From: Asterias rubens
Lineage: Eukaryota
DNA: 64,000 nucleotides
Direction of reading: 5' to 3'
Assembly (NCBI RefSeq): GCF_902459465.1
Contig: NC_047062.1
Coordinates: 17,670,001 to 17,734,000 of the forward strand
Below are positions 25,701 through 37,116 of this stretch, one piece after another. The notes below the pieces were generated by a model, which worked only from the letters and a program-made list of their open reading frames with translations, was not told where the DNA came from and did no database searches. Numbering within the stretch: position 1 is the first letter of the stretch; the number at the start of each line of letters is the position of its first letter. Made by a program: the position numbers and the translations under genes.

Positions 25701-28700
25701 TTTTGCTTACAATAAAGAAAGGTATGGCGTTGTGCTGAAAAATGTCAGCCGTAGTGGGTCGGAGTTCAAACTAAGGTTTAAACAATTTGTTGATGTTTTC
25801 TCAGAATTCAAAAGACCCTTATTACACCTTGCTATTGGGATTGATTCAGTATTTAACGATTAGGGTTACTGGATACTGGAATGCATCCTATTAATCAATG
25901 TGTTTTTCTTGTTGTAGAATGTTCTTCGTTGGGGCCAGAGATAGACAGCTGCCTAATGTCCTTGCTATGATTGATATCAAGAGGAAGACCCCTATGCCTT
26001 CTCTTCTCGTCGTGGTATGTCAACAAATTACATCATCCAAACCTTTCCAGTCCAATCAGATTTCTTTGTAGATTGCAGGGAACGATTTTTCGTCCAGCAA
26101 TTTTGCGTTAGACTGGAAGGTTTTGAACACACTGAATGATAATATTGAGTAGCAATCGGTGATTTATGAGCAGCAACTGAGACATTTTGCAGAGCATTTT
26201 GCTCTTCGAAGGAAATCGTTCACTGGATTGTCCATTTATGAACACAAATTTTGTAGATTTTTCAATAACACAAATTCTTTTAATAACACAAAACCCAAAT
26301 GTTTGGTCTTATATCTTGTACAGGCTATTCTTTCTTGGACACATTGTAAATGGTACAATGTCATGCAACTTGAATTGGTCTTGATGATTGAATACATTCA
26401 AGATTTACATGTCTATTCTTGGCCGAAACACGTAGAGCTGCTTAAGTAGAAAAAACTGATTCTGCTTTAGCGAAAATGAGCAGGATACCAGTCACAGATG
26501 CTACATGCGATGCGACATAGTATATTTGCTGGTAACCTTATTTTAGCAAGCATAATTTTGCTTCATGCTACTTGTTGTGCTTAAGCAGCTTTAAAAACAA
26601 ATTGAAATTCAACCTCTAGGTAAAAAGTTTTCATCAGGAACCATTATCTAATTCTCCAATTATCTTCAAATTTTGAATAACTATGTTATCTCTCTACTTC
26701 CTCAGACATTCCTGACATGTGTGTACGTGTTTGCCAAGGATGTCTACACACTCATCAACTATTTCAACTTTGTCCTGTGGACATCCAGTGGGGCTCTGTC
26801 TGCCGGACTGTTATATCTACGATGGAAGAAACCTGAAATGTCGAGACCATACAAGGTTGGTGCAGTTTCCTTCAGCAAATTGTATATTATAAATTTGTAG
26901 GATTTGAAACTTTGCATGGTGGAAATAAGATATAGAAGAGTTTGCGGTAACACCATGTAATAACAATCTCTAAATGAGTTGGGGTGGTTCTGAAAAGAAC
27001 CGTTGGATTAACTCGACGTTTCGATCAGTATGCTCTGATCGTCTTCTGGAGAATGCTGGACTCTGATGCTGCATGCTGCTTAAGTACTGAGTGGCGGATT
27101 AGCTTGGTGATGCACGAAGGCGGGAAATAGAGGCGGGAAGTGCAGCAGCATGCAGCATCAGAGTCCAGCATTCTACAGAAGACGATCAGAGCATACTGAT
27201 CGAAACGTCGAGTGAATCCAACGGTTCTTTTCAGAACCACCCCAACTCATTTAGAGATTGTTATTACATGGTGTTACCGCAAACTCTTCTATATATTATA
27301 AATTTATTATGTTTATCAAAAGACGCTCACAGGGGTATATATGTTTGGTTATGACGGCTCAACCATAAGCCTTGGGTCTGGTCAGAAAATACAGTTTTCC
27401 GCTCTGCAGATTCCACCAGAGTATTTGTCGGTTGATTTTTTTACAAGACTCGGGGAAAGTTTTCAGTGTACAGTGATTGTATAGGAAAATAACATGCATA
27501 ATGTTCTTTATCTCTGATACAATTTAACATCTTACAAATTAATGCAGTACTCGCTGCTAAAACGTAGGATTCAAACTGCCTCTGGCTACCTGGTAAAATG
27601 TGTTGGTCTAGTGGTAAGACATCTGCTCTAGAATGATTAGAAAAAGGTCCTGGGTTCAAATCCCACCTGAGTAACAGGCACCTAACTTTTTCCCAACAGG
27701 TTTACGAAGAAGGGTCCTATGAGATTGGTTTGTAACTATGTATTCTTTCCTGCTCATAGGTTTTCATTGGTCTGCCTATCTTCTTCACCATTGCATCATT
27801 TGCCCTGGTTGTCTTGGGGACAATCTCGGCTCCGTTAGACACCCTTATTGGAGTTGCCATCACCTTAACAGGAGTACCATTCTACTTCATCTTAATCAGA
27901 CCTGCTAAGATTCCGAAATTCCTCCACAAGATTGAAGGTAAGCAAGGTTGAGACTGTGATTGGAGGATAGATATTTTAGAGTTGAAATTTGGTGAAAGAT
28001 ACTGACTTGAGAATTGGGAATGATGCAGAACTGAGATTGAAGGGAAGATACCAATTTGAGATTTGATGAAAGATACTGACTTGAGAATTGGGAATGATGC
28101 AGAACTGAGATTTAAGGGAAGATACCAATTTGAGATTTGATGAAAGATACTGACTTGAGAATTGGGAATGATGCAGAACTGAGATTGAAGGGAAGATACC
28201 AATTTGAAATTTGGTGAAAGATACTGACTTGAGAATTGGGAATGATGTAGAACTGAGATTGAAGGGAAGATACCAATTTGAGATTTGATGAAAGATACAG
28301 AGCTGAGAACAAGTATTGAGTTGAGATTTAGAGAAGAAAAAAAAAACAAAAACAGAATTGAGATAAAAGATACAGAATTGAGATGAATGCAGAATTGATA
28401 TTGGAGGAAAGATAGAGAACTCACTGAGAAAGAAGGAAAGATACTGAATTGAGATTGAAGGAAAGAAACTGAGTTGTTATAAGAAGAAATATTCCGAATT
28501 GAGAATGAAAGAAAGATACTGAATTGAGAAAGAAGTAAATATACCGAAATGAGGTTGAAGGAAAAGTACAGAACTGCTTCTTGCATTCATTTTTGCCTGG
28601 AATTTTAGACAGAACTCCCTGTGTTTTGACACTTGCACATTTTTAATTAAGTTCACGTTTTAATTTCTGTAGTTGGTGTCACTCACTGGTGCCAAAAGCT

Positions 28701-28737
28701 GTTCCTAGTCACCAATGAAGAGAAGAAGAAGAAGTGA
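13722..28737 (+). CDS. SLC7-family (LAT/y+LAT/xCT/b0,+AT-type) heteromeric amino-acid transporter light chain, 509 aa
   Basis: Exons 13722-13826, 15462-15579, 16236-16559, 17317-17442, 18492-18585, 18990-19034, 19545-19668, [one of four 104-nt exons], 25918-26014, 26706-26855, 27760-27937, 28673-28737. All are GT-AG (using copy A, B or D) with consistent phases, 1530 nt in total. Motifs: TM1 [26 protein letters not shown]6 [45 protein letters not shown]. The subfamily cannot be assigned by eye. Confidence 0.96.
16610..16785 (+). mobile_element. Interspersed repeat, 'GGGCACCAAGGC' family
   Basis: Matches 5630-5760; lies in an SLC7 intron. Confidence 0.6.
17821..18170. repeat. 20-bp minisatellite (GATTCTGGTCTGGTACACAA) x about 17.5
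   Basis: Near-perfect tandem array without spacers; it explains the repetitive ORFs at 17774-18340. Confidence 0.98.
20524..20627 (+). CDS. SLC7 TM8 exon copy A ([35 protein letters not shown])
   Basis: TTAG| acceptor, AG|GTATAA donor, 104 nt, phase 0 to 2. Confidence 0.9.
20928..21076 (-). mobile_element. tRNA-derived SINE, family B
   Basis: B-box-like GGTTCGAATCCC on the - strand; similar to 33573-33733 and 48610-48760. Confidence 0.7.
21169..21272 (+). CDS. SLC7 TM8 exon copy B ([35 protein letters not shown])
   Basis: TTAG| acceptor, AG|GTATAT donor, 104 nt, phase 0 to 2. Confidence 0.9.
22347..22450 (+). pseudogene. SLC7 TM8 exon copy C ([35 protein letters not shown]), donor mutated to AT
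   Basis: Open 104-nt frame with TTAG| acceptor, but followed by ATATAC instead of GT. Confidence 0.7.
23468..23571 (+). CDS. SLC7 TM8 exon copy D ([35 protein letters not shown])
   Basis: TTCAG| acceptor, AG|GTAATT donor, 104 nt, phase 0 to 2; the most divergent copy. Confidence 0.92.
26435..26595. mobile_element. Interspersed repeat / MITE, 'GCTGCTTAAG' family
   Basis: Termini GCTGCTTAAG...CTTAAGCAGC; related copies at about 38690-38850 and 60335-60515. Confidence 0.6.
26897..27291. mobile_element. Foldback element with about 151-bp inverted arms, 14-bp TSD and hammerhead-like motifs (Penelope-like non-autonomous element)
   Basis: Arms at about 26929-27080 and 27144-27294; TATATTATAAATTT at 26883-26896 and 27292-27305; motif CAGAAGA-C-GATCAG-agcata-CTGATC-GAAAC-GTC in each arm. 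The Penelope assignment is inference. Confidence 0.7.
27595..27700 (+). mobile_element. tRNA-derived SINE fragment, family A
   Basis: A-box-like TGGTCTAGTGG and B-box-like GGTTCAAATCCC. Confidence 0.55.
27980..28300. repeat. 74-bp tandem repeat x about 4.3, decaying into GA-rich low complexity to about 28570
   Basis: GAAAGATAC recurs at 27994, 28068, 28142, 28216 and 28290. Confidence 0.95.
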
Positions 28738-29049
28738 TGATACAGTTCAAGAACCACCCGGACACAATACCACAACAAGAATATTCACCAAGGAAAAAAA
28801 CTGTAAAGCTTTTATCTTTAATTTCTGATAAAGTGGCAGTCGTAGGAAAAGAAATTCTAAATGCCTCCACCCCTGTTGGTGTGCAAACTCTGTACCAAAT
28901 AGTATATTGGGGATACTGCATAATATAAAAAACGATAGCAATCTATTTATCAGAAAGCTGTGTTTTCTTCACACAAGAATGTGATACGGCACATATTTGT
29001 TTTCTTCTTTTTAAAAATAAGTTCGGCAAGATACCAAAAGGTTTTGCAC

Positions 29050-29316
29050 AAATATACTGCATTAATTCTCATCCCCTCGCCTGAGAAAATCAAACATGAA
29101 GAAATTTATAGTTTTAATTCTACTAGCTACATATCTTCATTTTGTCTTGGGATTTTGCCTCATTTTGTTATGGTTGGGCAAAAATAAATATACTGCATTA
29201 ATTCTCATCCCCCCGCCTGAGAAAATCAAACATGAAGAAATTTATAGTTTTAATTCTACAAGCTACATATCTTCATTTTGTCTTGGGATTTTGCCTCATT
29301 TTGTTATGATTGGGCA
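29050..29316. repeat. 136-bp direct duplication in the SLC7 3'UTR
   Basis: AAATATACTGCATTAATTCTCATCCCC... starts at 29050 and 29186. Confidence 0.9.
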
Positions 29317-30960
29317 GAGAGACATTCTGGTAATAAATCAACCAGCTTGCCCATTATTGTTCCACCAACCAGAGAGCATAATTAGCTCATGCATATTAAT
29401 CAGGTTTGATATCTGTTTTGTGGTTGGTGCTGGTGCCCCACCAACCAGAGAGCAGTATATTAGCTCATGCATATTCAACTGGTTGGAAATCTGTTTTGTG
29501 GTTGGTGTGCTGGTGCCCCTCCTCCACCCATGTTAAAATGTGTGGTTACTTCATGAGAAGCACTGCAGCTGTATAAACTGTTTTAAGAAAGAATTTAAGT
29601 AATATGGTTTGTATAATTAAATTTTCACACCATAATATGTCAATCTGAGAAATGATTCATGCATGAAATGTTTCATCCAGGAATCGTTTCATGCATGAAT
29701 CGTTTCTTAGATTTCTTAGAGTTGGTGTCCTTTCGAGAATGATGCAGCCAGAGATGTGGTTGGTACCCGCAGCCCCTTCACTAACCTACATTCATGTCTG
29801 CAGTGCGGTACTCTGGGGTTCTCTTATTCAGAAATTCTTTTGGTGTTTAGTCGAAATTTTTAAAAACAAAGTAAATGATGTGTGATCTTTATTTTTGTTA
29901 ACTAATAGAATCAGGGTTCTGCAGATGTTTATAAAATGTTTAAAAACAAACAAATTATATGAATGAGTAATAAAGATATGAAAGAATAATATATGTTATT
30001 TAGTTTTAGGACTTTTATGAATTTGACATCACTGTGAATTTGTCATCTTTTTTGTAAAACTTCACATGTTTTTTTTCCTTCAAAAGTCTCCCTTTTACTG
30101 TATTTTCTGTTTAGGCCACGATTCTTTTTGAAGTGGAAATTAAGAGAGCTGGATGCAAAGATTTATATTGACAATTTTAAGTTGAAATATTTAAAGATTA
30201 GATAATTTGTGTGCTGTTGATTTTGATAAGCCTGAAATCATGTTGTTGTAAAAGTATCTGAAAATGCATTTTAGATTAATTAAAAGGAATGAAGTGAGTT
30301 GATATTTTTAGTGTTAATTCGTGTAGTTTATGTACAGTTTATGTTTTAATGAACTAATGTCAAAATATCCGTTTGAAAAAAAAAGTTGATTTTATTTAAT
30401 TTGATTGTCTCAGTGCCTTTAAATAAGAAATATTGAAATTAAGGCCATTAAAGGTTTTCGAAACGGGGATGAATTCTCAGCTTGGATCAGTGATCCTGCA
30501 ATCCGAGTTAATGGTAACAAAAAATTGCAGGGAAAAAAGAATAGTCTGGCACCCTGTTATGTGACAGTGCTATAATCATAACTGCAGACAGGGAATGTAT
30601 CGAAAAATGGTGGTTTTAGTGTAATCAGTATTGCAGTCACCATCATTTATTTGTAAAGCTTTGTGCGTATTTATACACATTAATGCTGTTATTTATTGTG
30701 ACAACCTTTTCTCTTCTCTTTATAAAAAGTTGTGTTCCATATACAGTTCTGGGCCAAACGTCACCCATGCCCCCACTCCTTTCTGCCACTGCCTACCAAG
30801 CCGGGGTCAAAGTTGACAGTCCTGCCCACTCCAAGCCTTTAATTAGTGGGTTTAGGGGCTATCGCTGCTGAAAAGAAGTTAGTTTTATTTTAAATATGTC
30901 AGTCTAAATGTGTATTCATATCAATCTTTTCTTTTTGTTTTTAAATCTTCTTTGTCTGTT

Positions 30961-31024
30961 AATAAACAATCTACTGTACAGCCCCATTGTACATGTACAC
31001 TTTAAATGCTGGGGGAAAAATAAA
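30961..31024 (+). terminator. Candidate polyadenylation signals of the SLC7 gene
   Basis: AATAAA at 30961 and 31019 after a long U-rich 3'UTR-like tract; other AATAAA sites exist, so the assignment is tentative. Confidence 0.4.
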
Positions 31025-31510
31025 ACATTCCAGTGAGAGTTCAATGATGTTTTGGTGGATTTATTATTTCTTTCTCGATTGCAAAGTGGATAGTATGTTT
31101 CTGTGAAATTCTAACCTCTTTTCATTTTGGCCTAAAGACGACCCCCCCCCCCAAAAAAAAAAAAGAAGAAGATGAAGTTCGGACTTTTTTCAGTTGAGTG
31201 GGGCCATCAGTTGATGGTGTCCATTAGACCATTAGTTGATGCACTGTTTTCCAGCCTTGAATGAATCAACGTGAATTAACGTTCTATACGGTAAAGAAGT
31301 AAACAGCTTGATCTACTTCCCTACAAGAAGAAGCCCTCAGTCTGAATTAATTAGCTTGGATCAATTAAAATGTCAACATCTGATTAGCTAGACCAACCTC
31401 AGCACAACAAAGACCAATTGCTGCAAGGCTGCATTCATAACTGACAGGCATGATTAAAAGGCATGTAAAAAATAATTAAAAAACTGATTGTACATGTTCT
31501 GTTAACATTG

Positions 31511-31895
31511 TTTTGGGAAGAAAATACCGACTTCAAGAAAACACCAATTTCACAACTTGTGCTCTGGATCCATATAGGGACCTACATACAAATTTACCTT
31601 TCAACATATTTCAGATTTATCAAGTGTACTTCAGAAATAAAAGTAATCGAGAAAAAGGAGACTCAAATTTGCTGGACATTGCAAAAGAAATACGGATGAA
31701 GTGATATCAGATTTGATGCTGTGGGAACCATTACATACAAAGAGGAGCAGAGGGAGGCCTGTCAAGACATACATCAACCAACTATGTGAAGACTCCAACC
31801 TGACCGATAAGGACATAGGCAATTGCATGCTGGGCGGAAACAATGGTATGCCATCACAAATGTCCGGTGGAAGCCATTGGAATGAATGAAAGAAT
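31511..31895 (+). mobile_element. Degenerate 3' fragment of an RTE-clade LINE
   Basis: Frameshifted translation ...SDLMLWEPLHTKRSRGRPVKTYINQLCEDSNL resembles the 54304-54750 ORF end (LVLWAPTQGHCSRGRPQTTYVDTLCRDSGL); ends in a GAATGAATGAAAGAAT tail. Confidence 0.75.
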
Positions 31896-33572
31896 AATGT
31901 GTTTGTAACAGTTGCTGCATAATTATAACATGTCTCTCCTTCACCTCAACAGTAAAGGTTTTACTTCATTGACTACATTTTTAAAACAAGGTTGTGAAAT
32001 TAGTTTGCACTCCATCCATAGGCCCTACCTACATGTACAAAACTTCACTGCCTAAATTTTCTGTAATCTGCCCCTAGAATATGATATCATTCACACCTTC
32101 CATCATGCATAAATGACCCCAGCATGCATAGCATAATTTATCTGTCTAATTAGCATAAAAGCCCTATGGCAGCTTAATGAATTATTCATGAGGATGAAGT
32201 CATGCCTCTTCGAATTAAATTACTTTAGAATCAATGCTTTTAATTAACCCCAATGGAATTCTAGTGAAATACAAATTGATTAGAAAACATCAGAGATTTT
32301 GGTCCAATGGTCCTTGCTCTAGGTTTTGTTTTACTGTGTAAGAGACAAAGACAGGACTAAATTTGATTGAGCTGCTTATGCTTGAATATCGCTAAGCACC
32401 AGCAAAAATTATGCTTGCCTTACACAGCAACCAAAATACAATGTCATGTATGCAGATTAATGCGACAACAATACAATACAAAAAGGCATTTTGATACCGC
32501 TGATTTAGATCAAAGCGGTGATAATAAAAAGTAAAATGTAAAAAGGAAGAACATTTACCATACAGTTAAGGATGACACATTTAACAGCAATTCAAAGGCA
32601 GAATCTCTTATGTATGTTCACCTAGCACATTTTTATTTCATTTCAATTAATATACAATTTAATATTAAAGACAAAATAAGAAACAAATTGAGACTGATTA
32701 TTTATATTTAACCCATTTATCTTTTTATGTGGATTATAATTGTTATTTATGGTTTCATTTTGTTTATTTATCTATTTATTTAGTTATTTTTTTATTTTAT
32801 TTATTATTTATTTATTTATTTATTATTATTATTGTTTTTTTGTTTTTTTTGGGGGGGTTACAGTATGTTTGACAAACACACTGTATACTTGTATTTGTGT
32901 TCTCAAATTTACTTGTGGTATTGCTTATGTCTACATCTGTCGTCATGTCTGCAAGAACGATTCAAGCTAACTTAATTCACAGTGATCATCCCTTGAAATG
33001 TGAAACATTGACTGCCATTGATTACTATTTATAATATGTGCATAATCAATAGGTATAAACTATGAACCTAAACGATGTACTGCAAAGAAAATGCAGCTGA
33101 AATTACTTGCTAACGTATCAGCCACTATTTGGGACACAGCCTGGTCCTCTATGGTTCCGTCACCATCTTGGCCTTGTCCCCAAGCACAGTAACAACGGGG
33201 AACAGACTAAATTATGTTTCCAGCCTCTATTTGACCACACTGGTTCACAAAAACCCCAAAATGGCTGCGCCATGATGATGGTATATTTAACACAAGTTTC
33301 TTTTCCTAGTATACATGTACAATGTACATAAAATACATGGAACTTTTGAAAATAATTTCTACCTCTATGCTAAAAAATTCATCTGCTTATAACACAAATT
33401 GCACCATATTACTTATTAGAGACCATTCTTTTCTGTATAGTTGTCACCATAGGCTAAGACGTTGCTGATATTGATTTTCAGTACAAATGTTAGGACAATT
33501 TTGTTGGAACAGAAAATTTAGTTTTGCAAGTGTGATCTGGATCTGAAGAAGAGAGAAGACAATAAAGAAAAT

Positions 33573-33733
33573 CTCAGTTTTAGACGTGGGAGGAAACTCC
33601 TGAGAATTATTCCAGGGAAAACCCATGCAGTCAAGTAGGGGCTGAAAACCCAATCCGTATAGTGCCCCGGTGGGATTCGAACCGGGGTCCAGAGGTGGAA
33701 GGCGAGGCAAGACGCCACTACACCAACCTGACC
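33573..33733 (-). mobile_element. tRNA-derived SINE, family B
   Basis: A-box and B-box-like head on the - strand (GGTTGGTGTAGTGG...GGTTCGAATCCC). Confidence 0.75.
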
Positions 33734-34084
33734 GCCATAAAGATGTACCTTCTGGTACACCCAGCAACCATGCACACAATATTGGTGTTAAGCTCTTGGG
33801 TTGACTATGACAGTGGTCAAGAAAGTTTTGTGTACTGTGTAAACAAACTTCTACTTATAAAAGTGATACAAAGTTTAAAGAAAAATTGATGAAATGTAAT
33901 AATTGGTAACTAATAGTCACAATCAACAGAATAAATAGAGTATGAATTGAAAAACACATGCTGTTCTAAAGCTTATCAGGGAAAATCAAAGTAACTTTAA
34001 AAAGGCAAGATTGAACATAACTTCCAGTCTATCAACTTCATATATAAATTCACCTCCAATCAAAACTTTGGTAAACACATGTTA

Positions 34085-34225
34085 CTGATATTAATTTTGT
34101 TTTTTACACAACTACCGATGTGTGTTAGCACTGTATACTCAGTACTTCCCAGAGTCCTGTGAAAAAATATCACAGGCACATTACTCGGGTGGGATTCGAA
34201 CCCACGACCCTTGCAATTGACTGAT
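34085..34225 (-). mobile_element. tRNA-derived SINE, family A
   Basis: Reverse complement matches 40329-40470. Confidence 0.7.
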
Positions 34226-34846
34226 GTTACTGATGTTATCAGGCTGCCTGGTTCCACCATTATCTTTTGTCATATTTCCTGTCTGCGTTAGAATGATGGA
34301 TAAAGTTGGGTGTACAGACACAGGCAACCACCCTCATTGATTAAAACTATTAAAACTATGTTCCTATGTAGACTACAATGCCTGGGTGGAGGGGTGGGGG
34401 GGCATTAAAACTAGAGCAAGCCTCGTATAGTATACTACAGCATTGTACTCACTAAATCAGAATAAGAGAAAAGAAAGCTACATGATTAGTTTTTGAATAA
34501 TATAGGGATTTAATATTGCATTTCATATTCAACCCTGGTTTATATTGATTAATACTTCCTTCTCGACAAGAAAACATGCACAAAAATTACAATAAAATTC
34601 AACAGACAAATGTTCTGATGATTCAATATAAATTACAAGTATATGATTAACTCACATTCACTACAACACCACAACTTTATTCTGAAATGCTTACTATATT
34701 GAGCAAACTTTTTTTAAATAGATTTCAAAATTTCTTGAATACAGTTTCTAACCAAAACAAACAAGGAATGATTTTTATTTTGAAACCGATTTGAAGGGCA
34801 CATGTAGCAAAAGAACACTAAGCTGAATTAAAGCGACATGTAAAGC

Positions 34847-35085
34847 GACCAAGTTACCACATCCCCTGCTAACTTTGACCAAGTTACAGCACCCCACTGT
34901 TTACTTTGACCAAGTTACTGCATCCCACTGTTAGCTTTGGCCAAGTTACCGCATTCCACTGTTTACTTTGACCAAGTTACCGCATCCCACTGTTAACTTT
35001 GACCAAGTTACCTTATCCCACTGTTAACTTTGACCAAGTAACCGCATCCCACTGTTAATTTTGACCAAGTTAACGCATCCCACTG
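34847..35085. repeat. 31-bp minisatellite (ACCAAGTTACCGCATCCCACTGTTAACTTTG) x about 7.5
   Basis: Tandem units with a few substitutions. Confidence 0.95.
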
Positions 35086-37116
35086 GCCAGGAGGTCTAGT
35101 GTACTGGACTCAAGTTCTGGTAGTTAAGTCATTAGACACCCCACTTTACAATTGCTTCTCTTCACCAAGGGGTAAATGGGTACATGTGAGGGCAGAGTTG
35201 TTTCTTTTGATTGATTTAGCTTGGTGCGCTACATATTTAGCAGTACAGGCTGTAAACTCCTTTCAAGGGAATGAAATAAATGGCCCAGTGACTAGGAGTA
35301 TTTACATTCATATGCCACAATGTCAAAACTGCCAGGTACCAGTGCTACAGAAGCGTTCATTATTAGTTTAAACAAAAATCCAATATGGAGACAGCTTGGT
35401 TGTTACCCTCGCTCTCCTATTGAAAAGTTTCTTTGAGAAGCAACTTTACTTTACCAAGCACTTATATCAAAATATCAATCAGAGATTATTTGGATGGGAA
35501 CACTCACATAAGTATAAACAAAAAAAGTACATGTTCTTTTTCTTGTATAATGGCAAAAATTCAAATTCTCAGAACTTACAAACTGGGTGATCATTTTATT
35601 TGTTTACTTATTTTACAGGTTGTGTAAATGTTACATTTATAGCTTTGGTTTTGTACAAACGTGAATCTATCATTATCAATCTAATAAACAGGACTGATAT
35701 TTTAAATATTTAAACAGCTTCGTAAAGGAGTTGAAGGAAAGTTTGTTTTCAAGACTATGACCAAATGTAATTAACTACAATTAAAATGCTCTTCAACATT
35801 TCCATCTCTGAAGAAGATTTTTTTATTTTATAAAGTGTATCCTGACAGATAAAGAATTGTTTTTTGTGGGAGAAATTGGTAAAAAACCAATGTCACAAGG
35901 AGTTTTAATAAATATTTTGCAATCAGAACATGCAAATGTGATGCAATTTGTCAAATGAGCATAATTTGAAACTGACGCATGGTGGGGAAAATGTTGAAGC
36001 TGTCAGATTAAACCAATTAGATTTATGGTGCATAAAATATGTGTATAATACAGTGTGATTAAACTGAAAAAATACCAGCCACAACCTCCTGAATGTCCAA
36101 CAAGTAAATACAGCGTTATTCAACTGAAAAGAAGTGCCAGGCATAAACTCCTGAATGTTCAACAAGTAATACCAGCTAAGCTACATGACTTTTGGGCGAG
36201 TCAAAGGAGTGCAGAAGGAAATGCCTTTATGTGAGGTGGTATGAGTTGATGGTATCTCATAGCAGGGCTCGAAATTAACACTGGACCGCAGGCCCGAGAC
36301 TAGTTGGGTCAATAAAATCACAACAGGATAAGCCCGAGGTGGTCATGTGTTTTTCAATTTACGAACAATAGTAATACCTAAAAAGGTTTATCGTGAATAG
36401 CAAAATATCAAGAGAGGGCGCTGTTGAACTCACACAAAGATATAGGCCATGCGTGCGCACGTCGTGCATGACAACATACACCGCGGTAGCAAGTGCCCCA
36501 TCTGCCTACCAATAACGTATTGTGGTTTTGAATCGCGATAAACCTTATTGTGTAGTATCTTGTAATATACAATGAATCTGATAATGTATATCTTTCGATT
36601 CCTGTCGAGTATCGCAGTAGCGTGACAAATGAGATAGATCTTCTTTTAGTGCTTGTTCAACTCATTTTGAACCTGGTCTTGTAAAAAGAAGTTTTGATCC
36701 GGCAAAATTTTTGAGCTACAAGCCCCTGCAGTCTTAGGGATTTTTCCCCCTCAAAGAATTTGTGTTTAGATTACAAAACCTCACCTCTGCAAATTATACA
36801 TCAATATGAATCATAATAAATACTATCGACGATTGTCAATCTACTTTGAATTCATCTAAAAGGAGACACTAATTTTGAGGAACTGACACATTAAAAATGA
36901 GCGCGACACGAAGAGAAGAAAAGTATAAAAGCAAATCATAGACTTTCAATCGTATTATTGAAGTAAACAATGACTGTGAGCATCACTAACATCTAGAGCA
37001 TCATCGTCCAGTTAATATTACAGTATTCTGATCTTAAATGTATATTTGTTTTTTCTTTTTACAGAGATCAAAAGGGGCTTATCTTTAAATCCGCTGGAGG
37101 AGTTGCTGCAGTAAGA

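Noticed and set aside
22451-25917. AT-AC / U12 interpretation of the exon C donor
   Set aside because: ATATACAT does not match ATATCCTT, and the downstream acceptor is a normal U2-type AG.
27882-28586. 234-aa Ser/Phe/Ile-rich ORF on the - strand
   Set aside because: Produced by the 74-bp tandem repeat and antisense to an SLC7 exon and intron.
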